Part shown: piece by piece, positions 39,892 to 52,418 of the stretch | How the letters are laid out: each line of letters begins with the position of its first letter | Position numbering within the stretch: position 1 is the first letter of the stretch | DNA from: Cirrosporium novae-zelandiae | Lineage: Eukaryota | Length of the DNA: 64,000 bases | Assembly: GCA_026023565.1 (NCBI GenBank) | Contig: JAPETS010000019.1 | Location: 372,001 to 436,000, forward strand | Direction of reading: 5' to 3' | Notes under the pieces: generated by a model | The model's input: only the letters and a program-made list of their open reading frames with translations | Told to the model about the DNA's origin: nothing | The model's database searches: none | Made by a program: the position numbers and the translations under genes

Positions 39892-41043
39892 TTAGAAGGG
39901 ATTAAGCCAACTCCCTTTTTTTCTTTTGGCGAGTAGGCGCGGAGAGGGGATAGGGAAGAGATGAGGGATATAGAGGTACACATAAAACACACTTGGGGAC
40001 CTCTAACTTCCTTTCCCGTTCTTGTTAACAATAACAATAACAATAACAATAACAATAACAATAATAGAAAAAAAAACCAATCTATACTACCTAGATAATA
40101 TATCATTAAGGAAATAAACTTCATTCGGGATAGCTTTAACGACCTCCTTCCCCCCCTCCCAGAAAGAGAAGGTGGTGTTTGTGTTAAAAGGAAAAAAGAT
40201 AGTGAGGTCCCCCACCCCCAAACGATAGATACCTAATTAGATAATTAGAATAGATGGAATTAGACTACCATACTCCCATTCGGGAATGTGACATCCATCG
40301 CCCTGGGATTTTGGGATTTTTTTTTCTTTTCCTCTTCCCCCGAGTTTTTCTTCTAGTGTTTCTTTTCTCCCCTCTCTCCCAACTAACTTTGCTTGCTTGC
40401 TTGCTGGGTAGGGGTTACCAATTGAACTGACATGAACTAAATTAGTTTTACCTACCTACCTACCTACCTCTAGGTGATTCTGATTAACTGTAACTTGACT
40501 CCCTTATATTACTTTACTGTAAAGCATGAACGATGGCGATGGCGATGGCGATGGCGATCGTTCGTTCGTTTCTAATTATTACTTACCTTACATAGACACT
40601 GACATACGCATTGCGCATACAGTAGCACAGCATGGCATAATATGGCATATTTGTTTCCCTTTTCCTTTCCTTTTCGTTCCTTCTGCTTTTTGGGAGCCCA
40701 ACCCAACCCAACCCCACCCCTTCAAACCCCACAAAGAGTGACCCAGCGAAAAAAAAAAGAAGAAGAAAAAAGGTCTAAATATGATACATGATACATGATA
40801 CCCACCCACATACGTCCTGGAGATGACTTGACTCTCTTCTTTTTTTTTTCTTTTTTTGGGAGCCTTAGTGGGGAGTGGAGTGCATGCGTTAGATAGAAGA
40901 TGGTAATAGTAATAGGTAGCACAGCATTTTTTTCCCCATTAAAACTAGAGGTTTTGATGTAATAGTACTTACTAAAGTTATGGAATTGGTATAGATATCT
41001 ATTGCAAAGTTCCATGCTTTGTTGGAGATTCCTCAAGACAGAC

Positions 41044-41085
<42 letters not shown>

Positions 41086-41983
41086 TTATAGTATGTTTGA
41101 TTGATTGGTTGGTGGATTGGTTGGTGGATTGGTTACACATTGGACACACATACACACACTGGGTTGGTGGTTGGGTTGGTATCAATCAGTCGGTGTTGGC
41201 TTCTCCATGCTAGATAGAAAGAGAGAGAGACAAGGGGGGGGGGAGAGAGAGATGCGGAGATGCGGAGAGAGGGGTTGGAAGATGGAAGTGCATGCGTTTG
41301 GGAATATGGAGATGGGTGATGGGTGATGGTAACACGACATTTGTAAAACTAGGTTTTGGATGTAATGTCATAAGCATAGTATAGAATTGGCATATTTGGG
41401 GTTCATGCTGGAGGTTGGAGGCTGGAGAAAGAGATCGGTCGAAGGAACGAACCATTATCTGAACATTGCAGATTTAATCCCATCTCAGATTTAGTTGCAT
41501 AATAGCTAATTAGGATCTTCTTGGTTGGTATTCTGTACGTACTATATCTCTTTGTGGCAAACATTTGAATTTGACGTGTCAACTGTCTCAATTGAAAAAA
41601 AAAAACCACAAACCAATCCAATCCAATCCCTCTTACCCTTCCTCCAAGCCACATTTTTATTCCAAAAAAGAGGGGGTTTGGAACATGAACATGAACATGA
41701 AATGGAAAAAAATTACTTACCAAAAATGGGGGCGGGGAGGGGCCTCATGACTTGCAAAGATATTTACCAATGCTTAGATCCAAAAAGCTAGACAAAATTA
41801 TGCATTGGGATGCATCATCAATTGTATTCTGTATAACCCTTTTATTCTTTCATTGGCTGGTTGGTCTAATAAGATGCTTTTTTGAAATACTTTTCCCATG
41901 GCCGTACAACAACCAACCATGTCGTCTCATAATGCTAACCGTTTAATGGGAATTCCAAAGTCATTCATTATTACATTCCAAAC

Positions 41984-44254
41984 CTAGAATTCATTCTCGT
42001 CACTTCCAGCGATAATCACATTGTTCACCTAAAACATTTTCCCAGATTAGTACTAGATAAAAGACAAAAAAAAGGGGGGGGGGGGAGGGGCATGCTTGTG
42101 CATCCATACCTTGAGCACCATTCTACATAATTGCGTGGCAAGAAGAAGCTGTTGGCGTTTCCCGATAAGGGGATCGATGACAAAATGCTCCCGCATGTCT
42201 GACCAAATACGAGTTAGCCTAGGAGGTTGGGGGAAATGTGAAAATATGTAGAGACACTAACCATTGCTTCCCGTCTGCATACAATCTACACCTAATCTTG
42301 AGTTCTTCTCTTTGACTTGGCGCGACTTGATGGCTGCTAGGGTTTCAACCGGACTCAGACCGGAGTTCTCGGCCAGCGCCATGGGCACGGCATCAAGGGC
42401 ATCGGCGAAGGCTCTCATGGCGTATTGTTCAAGACCCGAATTCTACGTCAAATGTTTAGTCAATCGCTAAATGGTAATTTGAATGTTCCAGCTGACCTCA
42501 ACTGCTGCTTCCTCAACAGCTAGAGAGCAAGCTATTTCGGCTGCACCACCTCCGTAGACAATACGATTGTCACGGACGAGGTTTCGTACAACACAAAGAG
42601 CATCATGTATTGAGCGTTTAGCTTCATCGATGATCTAGGGGGTAATGATTAGCAGAACAGTCAAAGATAGTGGAATGGAAAATATAGAAATCATGGTACC
42701 ACAGGGGATTCCTACCATTTTGTTGCTGCCCCGTACAAAGACGGTTACTGCTCTGGAGTTGGCGCATTCTTCAATCACCAGCATTTTCTCTCTCGTTGTG
42801 CCAAAGCTCACTTCTCTTACTATGCCAGCTCGTCCAAGCTTTGCTTCACTAAGATCTTCGAATCGAGGAACAATTCGACCATTGGTTGCAATAGCAATCA
42901 GCTCAATCTCGGGGCCACCGACCCATCTAACAGCAGGCAGCTTGTTTTGAAGAAGAAGGTGATTTGCTTCGTCATCAAAACCCCACTGGCAAATGGCCAA
43001 GTTGGCTCCTGTGGCTTTGATCTGTTGGATCATCTCCTCGAATTTGGTACGCTCGTAGTTCTGTAGTTTCTTGAACTCTTCAACGCTGGTAATGTCGAGC
43101 TTATGCTTCGTCTTTGGCTTCGGCGGCTCAAATGCACAGGTCAAAATAGCAATCTTTGCGTCCCTAACCTCATCCGGCATTTGGGGATGTGAGAAATCCT
43201 TGTCGATAACAACGCCTTTGACAAGCAATGAGTCCTCCAAAGACCCACCGGCCTTTCCGTCAACTTTGATGAGTTCAAAATCAACATCTTTCCGGTCAAG
43301 ATCAGCAACGGACATGACGGCATCCACCGCAATTTTGGCAAACTGTTCGTGTGATTTTGATACACTGCAGATAGGCTATTAGTATATACCAACGGAATGG
43401 GAATTTGATATACATTTTGCTGCCCAAACTTGTCTTTGCCACTTTAATTAGATTCTCCTGATGCTCTTTTGTGAATTCAATCTTGTCGCTGATTTTATCC
43501 AGCTCTGCTACAGCAACTTCGCAGGCTTGGTCATATCCATCGGCTATACGAATTGGGTGTATTCCTTTGTCAATAAGATCTGCTGCCTGTTCAAGCAACG
43601 CTCCTGCTAGCACAACCACACCAGTTGTGCCATCGCCTATCTCGTCATCTTGAGACTTGGAGAGCTCGACCAATAGCTTCGCGACGTGGTTTGCTATTTC
43701 CATCTATAGCATACTCAGCAATAGAACCAGCCCAATAACCTCAATGTGGGAACGTACTTGTGAAAGGATTGTAGCCCCATCGTTTGTAACCGTAATGTCT
43801 CCATCTGGCGAGATCAAAATTTTATCTAGTCCTCTTGGTCCCTGTAAATCTTAGGACACTATCCCATCAACCATTTGGTCTGTGCATATCTCACCAATGA
43901 CGTCTTGACAATATTGGCAACAGTTTTGGCCGCAAGTATGTGGGACTTGATCGCATCGTTTCCATGCTGTCGCTTTTTCTTTCCTTGACTATTCCCCAAC
44001 TATCAGTACCATTTCTAGATAAACCCACGAAAGACCTTCGTTTTATTGAAAGGAATGGTGAAGCATACTCTCGAACCACAATGAAAGGCCGTCCTTGTTC
44101 ATCTTTCATTACCGACGCTATAGCATAATTTATTAAAACCCGGAGAATCCAAATCCCAGGTAGTTTAAGTAAATACCTTGCGACATATCAATGTCTAGAT
44201 CCATGTCAGTTCTGTCTCTCAATATCTAGGGTTTTAGCACTCACTCATTGCCAT
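41984..44254 (-). CDS. CCT5: T-complex protein 1 subunit epsilon (CCT5), 11 exons
   Basis: [67 protein letters not shown] motifs; 10 GT-AG introns traced. Confidence 0.97.
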
Positions 44255-44629
44255 ATTGCTGGTACTGCGTGCTCCTGAGCACCACCGGACTGCTTTGTAT
44301 TCTCAAGTATATCGCTGACAGAGTTAGGCTAAACCCCTAAAACAATAGGTATGGAATGATACGTCCAAATTTCGTCAAGTTGAGGCTCTTGATGGACCAG
44401 ATATCGACTTCAGAATTTCAGACGACGTGATAAACTAGTCCGAATGCGGATAGCGCGATTTACAAGCTCTCCGCGCGAATCACATCTTGATTGTCGCGAA
44501 CTTTCTACTTACACCTTTTCCACAATTGCGCATTTCCCTATGATTTGCAATCTGATCATTTTATAGTGTAGTACTATATACATACTTCACATTGAAGTTA
44601 TCTACACTTCACTACAGTTAGAACTCACA

Positions 44630-45924
44630 ATGCCTCGTAAGTACAAATGAATTTCTCTTTTATAATTGAGCACGCGTAGCAGCTCGAGCTCCAGCCCTCT
44701 CGTAATCGGATCCAGACTCACTCTCATCAGCTTTATCGCTGCTTACTTCTATAACTGGCTTCATGCGCGGTGGGTTTGGCACAGGTATGGCGTTAGGGCT
44801 GGGGCTTGCGGTATAAGATGTTGCATTATCTACGTGCATTTCATCTGCCATCAATGAACCTAAGCTAACTTTGCCGAACCCCTAGCAGCAGTCGAAGATA
44901 TGTCCGACGAATCGGCGGTAGACGATATCCCCTTCGAAAAGCCCAAGGCGAAAGGCCGCCGTGGAAGGCCCTCAAAAAGTAATCAAGTGGAAGATGCGAA
45001 GGAGGAGGTTGCGGAGGAAGAGGCTACGCCAGATGTAAATACAGATGAGGAAGATGACGATGAAAGTGAAACTGATGCTGAAGTGTGGGTAGTTGACAAT
45101 TGACTCAATGGCCAGAACCTTGTCTGATAGTTAACTCTGCCCAGATATGCTGTTGAAGAGATTGAGGATTACAGATTTGATAAAGGCGTCCTTAAATTGA
45201 AAGTGAGATGGAAAGGCTACCCTGAAGAATCTGATAAGACTTGGGAACCAGAGGAGAACATTCTGTACGTGGGCCCTTGGAATTTACTCTTCAATCACTT
45301 CAACCCAATTCACCGAACTAACATTACTCCAAGTGACGGGGCGGCCGAAACGCTGCAAGCATTCTACGACCGCATAGGGGGCAAGCCTCAGCCCGTAACC
45401 AAAGCTGCAAAGAAACGTGGCCGTCCAAGTGCTGTTGGCTCCACACCAGAATCCGAACCGAAATCAAAGAGAGGGCGGAAATCTGCGGCCTCTGTCAAAT
45501 CCGTTGATATGAAGCCAGAAGAACAGTGGAGACCCATGGATATTGAGGACTGGGAAACTGAAGTACAGAGTGTCGACACCATTGAAAAAGACCCAGATGA
45601 TGACGTCCTCCGTGCGTTTATACTATGGAAAAACGGAGAACGAACGCAACATGACGTCCAGGTCTGCATAGAGAAATGCCCCAAAAAGGTGAGACATGCT
45701 CATGGGAACTTGATTTCCGTAATCTTGCAACGAGAAATTTATTGACCTCATCTTAGTTGTGCGAATTCTTCATCCAGCATCTGTACGTAAACGGCAAGCG
45801 TGTAGAAAACTACATGCAAGCTTCCTTTCTGAACCCGAATCGTGGCTTATCACTCACCAATGTCAATAGTGTTTTTAGCGACAAAAAAATTGAACCAAAC
45901 GGCACAGCAGAAGCAGATGATTGA
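44630..45924 (+). CDS. HP1/Swi6-like chromodomain + chromo-shadow protein, multi-exon
   Basis: Acidic N-terminus, YAVEEI..VRWKGY..TWEPEEN chromodomain (aromatic cage Y/W/Y), basic hinge with KRGRP, WETEVQSVDTIE..ILWKNG..CPKK shadow domain. Confidence 0.92.
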
Positions 45925-47262
45925 TTAAAAAAATGAGATTGGTTCTCTATAACCCTCGTAGCTACCTTGACCCATTTAGCTTCCCAGCTTTCCACGGATT
46001 TCCCTAATCGCTTATTCATTAGCCTCACATTGGCTGCTATGAAATTTAGAATGGACCTGAGCGATGGATTTACGAGGGAAGGGGAATAGCCCTAACCACT
46101 ATCTAAGCAGACCTTCACTTCGGTTATGTTAACTTCGTAGTTTCAAGAAGTTTTCTTTCTATCGTCTGGGCTTACAAGCAATATTAGGATCCGCTAGTTA
46201 AGTGCTTAAGCATATGGCATAAAATCATTTTGATTTCGCTATGGAAGGCGCTCAGGGGGGAATGGCTTCAACAACGATGAGGGTGTATATTAGCGTAAGG
46301 CAGTTAATGCGCGCTGAATAAATTCGTGAGAATTAATGCAATACGCAGGAGCATCTCTATATTTGTTCTACAAACATGGCGATATTATTTCCTAATGGTT
46401 TACTATAGTGATTAAACAGAAAGGTTTTCCCCTACTATCATTTTACAATAGTATTTTAACGTTAGGAAATAACCCCTAAACATAGGTAGCTATATCAATG
46501 TACTGTACCTAAGTATGTATTCTATATCCTTTTGCCCTTGTTTCACACTAAAGTACTTTTACTAAAAGTCTTTTAGTATCCTAAAAGATGAATAATATAC
46601 GAACTTTTATTTCGCCATTATATTTCACCACAATGGTCCAGCGTTCACATATTAAGTTCATTCTTAACCGGCTTTGAACAGTCCAACCTCTTGCCATTGG
46701 TCAGGAGCCATGACATCCTCTTGTCAGGTTGTTGCCCATCCGTGGTGTGGGGAATTGTCGTAAATACATTTGTACGTTTTGGATAGATGGCAACTTTCGG
46801 CGGATATTTTGTAATCTATGCTGAGAAGGAAGCTCAATGTCATAATCACCATTTCCATTTCATAACTCTCTCACAGGCCCTTTTGCCTTTAGGCTTTAAA
46901 GAGGCCTTTAACTTTATTTAAAACCCCGAGGATGAGTCGCCTATTTGAATATATATTCATATTCAAGCATACGACTCACCTTCGGTCTCCGAAAAATCAT
47001 TATATAGTTGCTGTGTTGTTGCTTTGTCTGTTAATTTGAGCCATTTTAGAATCAATTTTGAGCATAAAGTTTTTTTTGCAGAATATATAACTAGTACCTC
47101 TTCCTCTACAAATCTGCATCCTTTCAACATCACACTTTTAATCCCCAACACAGATAGTGACGATCCGGGTTTGTGAGTCCTGCTTATTTTAGGACCAGCG
47201 TGCCTATCTCCGTACTTAAAGGCTATCATCTCCTTCGTTTCATACCAGCAGCTTTTAACATC

Positions 47263-48277
47263 ATGAACCCGTCAACTCCTGCGTTAGATATAGAATTCCC
47301 AATCCCTCTACATGAGTTGGTCAAACCAAACCCTACTTCACATGTACTTACTTGCTAACAAACATCTTCCAGAGACACCGTCCAACCACCACTGTAGGTC
47401 AAGCAGCACCCCTACCTATTCCTTCAACCCTTTCTATTCAAAACCCCTCGCCCTCATCCCACCACTACTAACCCCCGCCAGAATCGTTCCCCCTCAATAC
47501 ACCATCACGAACATAGACGCCGTCTACTTCATCTTCCGCCCCCGCCCCCTAACCCTCAAAGGAGGTTTCTTCCGTTACCGCCGCCTCAGCTTCGCCGCCT
47601 ACAACGACATCGGCCCCCACAGCTTCAGCCTAAGCAACCCAGCCGTGCTCTCCCGCCTGCAGAGAATCCGGGACCAGCGGAACCGAGGCGAGGACCTGTG
47701 TCCTCTCGATAATACGTACCTCGCCGCGTGCATCGAAAGACATGTCAATCCGGGGCAGTTCTGGAATCGGGGGGTTTATATTAACATGGCAATGTCAGAC
47801 GTAGAGCGTAAAGTCAGGGAAGCTGCAGCGATAACGTGGTCGATGGGGGGGGGTAGGTTGGGAGATGATGATATGGATACAGGTGAAAATAACGACAGCG
47901 AGGAAGAAAACCTCCTTTCTACACTTGAAGCAGTTGGGAATTTACATATTGCTCCTCCTACTCCTACTGTCACCACCACCACCACCACCACCACTAGTCT
48001 AGAACACGAAACTGCAGCAGAACTACCATCTACCCCCAATCCTATTCCTATCCCTAATCCCGACGATACCAGATCACCCCAAAACAGACTCGCGCCAAGA
48101 CATGTAATATATCCATACCCCTCATGGGAATTAAGAGATTCACTCCGGATATCAGGCTGGTTGCGGACCCGGCCCCGGTCCCGGAGCCAGAATCGCATAT
48201 CACCGGATGATATTAGGGAACATCTTCGGGGGATGAGGAGAGGGGGGAGGGGAGGGGGGAGGGGGAAGTTAGATTGA
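47263..48277 (+). CDS. Orphan protein B (paralog of 15445-16072); exons 47263-47282, 47373-47393, 47482-48277
   Basis: MNPSTPA-DTVQPPL-IVPPQY... with two phase-2 GT..CTAAC..CAG introns; shared domain followed by a low-complexity tail ending in RGG repeats. Confidence 0.8.
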
Positions 48278-48923
48278 GTTGAATGGAATGGAAAAGGGTG
48301 GTTGATTAAAAGCTTACGTGGGGGGGGAGAGGAGAGGAGAGGAGGCTAAGAAATTGTTATTCCATGATGATGATGATTCATTTTATATTCGATTAGTTAT
48401 TTCCATAAATAAAATTATGTTTTTTTAAAAAAAAAGGATATTATTTATACTAATTTACTAGACTTAGGGGGGCTAGTATAATAATAAGCTTAATAGACTC
48501 AACTTCTGCACCTATCTACTCAGTATGTATATATATATATTCCTAGGCAACTTAGTATACAATGAAACTCCAACTTCTCAGACGGATAGACAGGTAGGCA
48601 GGTTCAGAATTCACCAGTTTCGAAAATCTTATGGGTATGCTTCCTTTTTCTTCCCCTTCTTCTTCTCCTTCTTCTACTTCAATAGGGACAAAGGCAAATA
48701 TGGAAAAGGTACTAAACTACATTACCAAATTCCGATATCATATCTATAAACTACTTCCCCTTTTTTTTCTCTCTAATTACTAGCTAAATCAGAAGCTACA
48801 AAAATCTCTCTCTTTCTCTCTCTCTCTCCCTTTCTAATATTTAACCCACAACCATCAATCGTCAATTACCATCCCCTATCTACTCATCCATCATTCTTTC
48901 CCCTGGCCTAGATAAAAGACACC

Positions 48924-49069
48924 CAGTGTTGTCGATGGACCAGACCAAATAGACGGTCTATAGACCTTAGACCGACCAAGACCAAGCTTTTGGATAGACC
49001 AAACCGGGTCGAGGATTTTGATAGACCGACCAGACCAAGGGGGTCGGTCTGGCCGGTCTAACAACGCTG
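48924..49069. mobile_element. hAT-type non-autonomous MITE (146 bp)
   Basis: Imperfect TIRs CAGTGTTGTCGA.. / ..TCTAACAACGCTG; perfect 8-bp TSD AAGACACC at 48916-48923 and 49070-49077; repeated AGACC motifs inside. Confidence 0.88.
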
Positions 49070-52000
49070 AAGACACCCCAAACCCAAAAGATGGGGAAAC
49101 GGGAACTAAGAAGAAAAAGTGACCCTGAAGAGAGGGGCTTCAAACAACAAAAATCGAAAATCTAATAATAATAATAATAACAACAAGGTAATTAGAAAGG
49201 TGGGCATAATAAATAATTACCTAGACTAGTTTTTTTCGATGAGGAAGAGTAGTACCTATCCTACCTACCTATCTATCTATATATCTATATACTCATTTCT
49301 TCTATCGGAACTTTAGAACTTTTGATATTCCAATTCATACAAAAAAAAAACCGGTAATCAAATCAAGTCAACCCAGCTTTCCCCCGGGTCTTGCAAGCAC
49401 CTTCCTTCCTTCCATCGGGGCTTAGGAAACGAGATGGGATCGGGCATCATTGTCTTTATTTTCGTTTCCTGCATGTCCTCCTCCTAGCCAGTGTCTCTCC
49501 TTCCCCGGATTGCATACCTAGGTGCATACTGGTAGGGCTGTGAGTAGTTCCACTGAGTGAGAGAGTGATGATTTGATTAGCATAAGTTTTGGAGCATCTG
49601 CTGCTTTTCCTGCCTAGTATCCACCCCCCTCTACTCACCCACTTACACATTCGCCTAGTGACATATTTATAAAACCTAAAAACTCCCTCACTCACAATAA
49701 ACAACAAAGAAATCCCGATCGATGCCCGTCTTTCCCATCCCCTCTCAAAACACACAAACACACTCTAGATCGGTGCCCTTAAGTTAGAAAGCCAGCGATT
49801 AGAAAGAATCAATGAGCTTGAATTAAATCATCCCATTTGCGAAGCCCCAAGCTCACAAGAAGAACCACCAAGCTCGGTTGGTCGTAGTTCATTTTTCTAT
49901 AACATTTTCCTTTCTTCAATGATGTCGCGCGAATGATCTTGTGTCAACAAACATTGAATATTGAACGTTATAAATTTGCAATCAAAAATATAACTCCCGT
50001 TTTTGTTTTCGTTTCAAGATATTTCTTCTTAAAGATTTTGGATACCACCAGTTAGCATTTTGTAAATATCAAAAGCCGATTTCGCTCTGTCAACAGTTGC
50101 TTTAACCGTGTTGGGTTTGATCATGGTTTTTAGGTTACTTAGCAGTAGCGCCACTACTAAGATGGAGTACACTCTAATGCGTAGAGTAGAGCAGGGCCCT
50201 AGGTGGATATGGCGAGAAGGCAGGAGAGGATGGCGGGAGGGTCGATGAGATGTATTTTATATTTCGAAAAGTTGTTAGATAAAGTGTTCGAGTGAGTGGT
50301 CGGTAGCTCCGGTAGGCTTTTTGTAAAAGAATGGATATATATCTACGGGATCGCCTCCCTTGATAATGTATATATATGGGACATCCGCATTAGACACTAG
50401 CTTGAAGTATATAAACAGAACACTAAAACGCTAATATTGGTTGTTCGATCAAAATAAGAGTATTGCATGTTCGATCGATATCGACGTCTTTCAACTAGAT
50501 GGATGTATGATTCCGGGATCAAATACATAGAGTATACATGAAGAGTATACAGTTTCGCGTCGTTCTGAGAGAGTATATATATTTAGTTTTATTCCAATCG
50601 AAAACGTTACTGAGAAAGGGGGAAACAGGTATTAGTGGGTGTTGAAGAAGAAACATCTTTAGGGGGATGCAAGATAGTGTGGGATTATGTGAGCTACTTC
50701 AAGGAGCTGTAGGTGGTCGTATGGTTCCTTTTTGCCTTTAGCTAATCGATCGTCATCATCTTTTTTCGTATTATCATTATCACTAGAAATAGTTATAGAG
50801 AGCTATCGCTTTAGTAACATTAAACCACCTCCTTTACTCGAGTATAGCAAAAGGGGATGTGATTTATCTCTCCAACTTGATAGCAGGTAAATTAGAACAG
50901 TTACCTTGTTAGCTTGACCTTGTTGATTTGTTGAAAGTGAGGTGGCTGTGGTTGAAAAATCTATTACGAGTTCCAGTGGCTGGGGTCGAAAGTACGGACG
51001 GGCCATGTCGAAGGAGTTATGAAGGGGAAATAATAAAATAGAAATTGGGAACTTTCAAAAGGTTGATAAATAGAGGTTTAATGCTTTCAGGTATTTAGTA
51101 ATGAAAAACAAGAAAGCTAATAAAGAAAGGATGAATGTAGCTAACTATTTTCCAAAAAAGAAATCGCAAAGGAATGTCTCATCTCCAATTCTTTTCTTGT
51201 TGAATTTTTTTTTGAAAATGCTAATGACACTATATGAAAATATATAAGAAACACAAAAAATGTGAATCCTTGGCCTTTGCCAAAGGTCCCTTAGCAACCG
51301 AAAGATACTCGTAATAATAATAATACACATATCTTTTGGGGTAATCTAATCTTATAAAGAATCCAAAACGGGAAAAAAGGGGGAAGAGGGGTGTGAGGGA
51401 TTGTGGATTTGGTTTCGTTGTGTGTAGGTTAGGTAGATTACTTTGTAGGGAAAACAGCAAATGAATGAACAAATAAATGCTTGAGACGCGTAAGACTAAA
51501 TGTTTGCTCCTGTTGAGTGGGTGGTTGGGTGGGTTGTTCGCACGTAGACTATCTAGTTCGAGTTCGGGGTTCAAGATTCAAGGCTCGGGGTTCACAGACA
51601 TTACATTCATCCCTTAAATGAAAGACATATTCAGAATATGTTCACGAATAAAAGAAAGAAGGAAACCGAAGAATGTTGAATTACCAAAAATGGCTTGATT
51701 GTATTTTTTTACTGAGTAACTAACCTATAACCTACCTAGGTAGAAGTTGCATTATTATTATTAATATTATTATATGGAGCATGGTGTGTGGTATATATAT
51801 AACTCAATAAAGAATTTTTACGACGGCGAGGGAAGAAAGAAAGAAAAGGGAGATATGTGATGCCCTATATGTATTTTTTTCCAATGGCTAAAATTCACTT
51901 TGTGACTGTGTTTGTAATGCAAAGGTGTGAGGGAGAGAGGGAGTCGGCCTGGGCTGACATGACAAGGATTCATTTCCATATTTCTATATTTATTCACTAA

Positions 52001-52418
52001 TCAAACTAGACTTCGTGTTGTGTAAGGATATGATTATGGGTTATGATGAGAGCTGGAAATGAAAACCTTTCTTGAGGGTCTGTGTGCATAGTATAGCTAT
52101 GCAAGGAATGATGGCAATGTAGTTTGACTATGTAAGATATCATGTGTGGATTGGTGAAACCAAGATATAGGTATAATTGTTGGTTGGGTGATTGATTGTT
52201 TGATTCAACTGTGCCTTGGATATGTACACAGACAGATAGACAGATAGACAGATAGACAGATAGACAAATAAACAGACGGTGCTTAAACAGACACACGAGG
52301 CTTCAAAGCCAATGACCAGACACTAAAAGTACAACTCAACAGTCAATATCAATATAAAAGCTAGGCACTCTATTTTGAAATGAGTGACCACAACCTTCAC
52401 TCACACCATTTGTTAATA

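Noticed and set aside
39849..41946. Short ORFs with poly-L/Y/F/ER runs
   Set aside because: Translations of microsatellites and homopolymer tracts.
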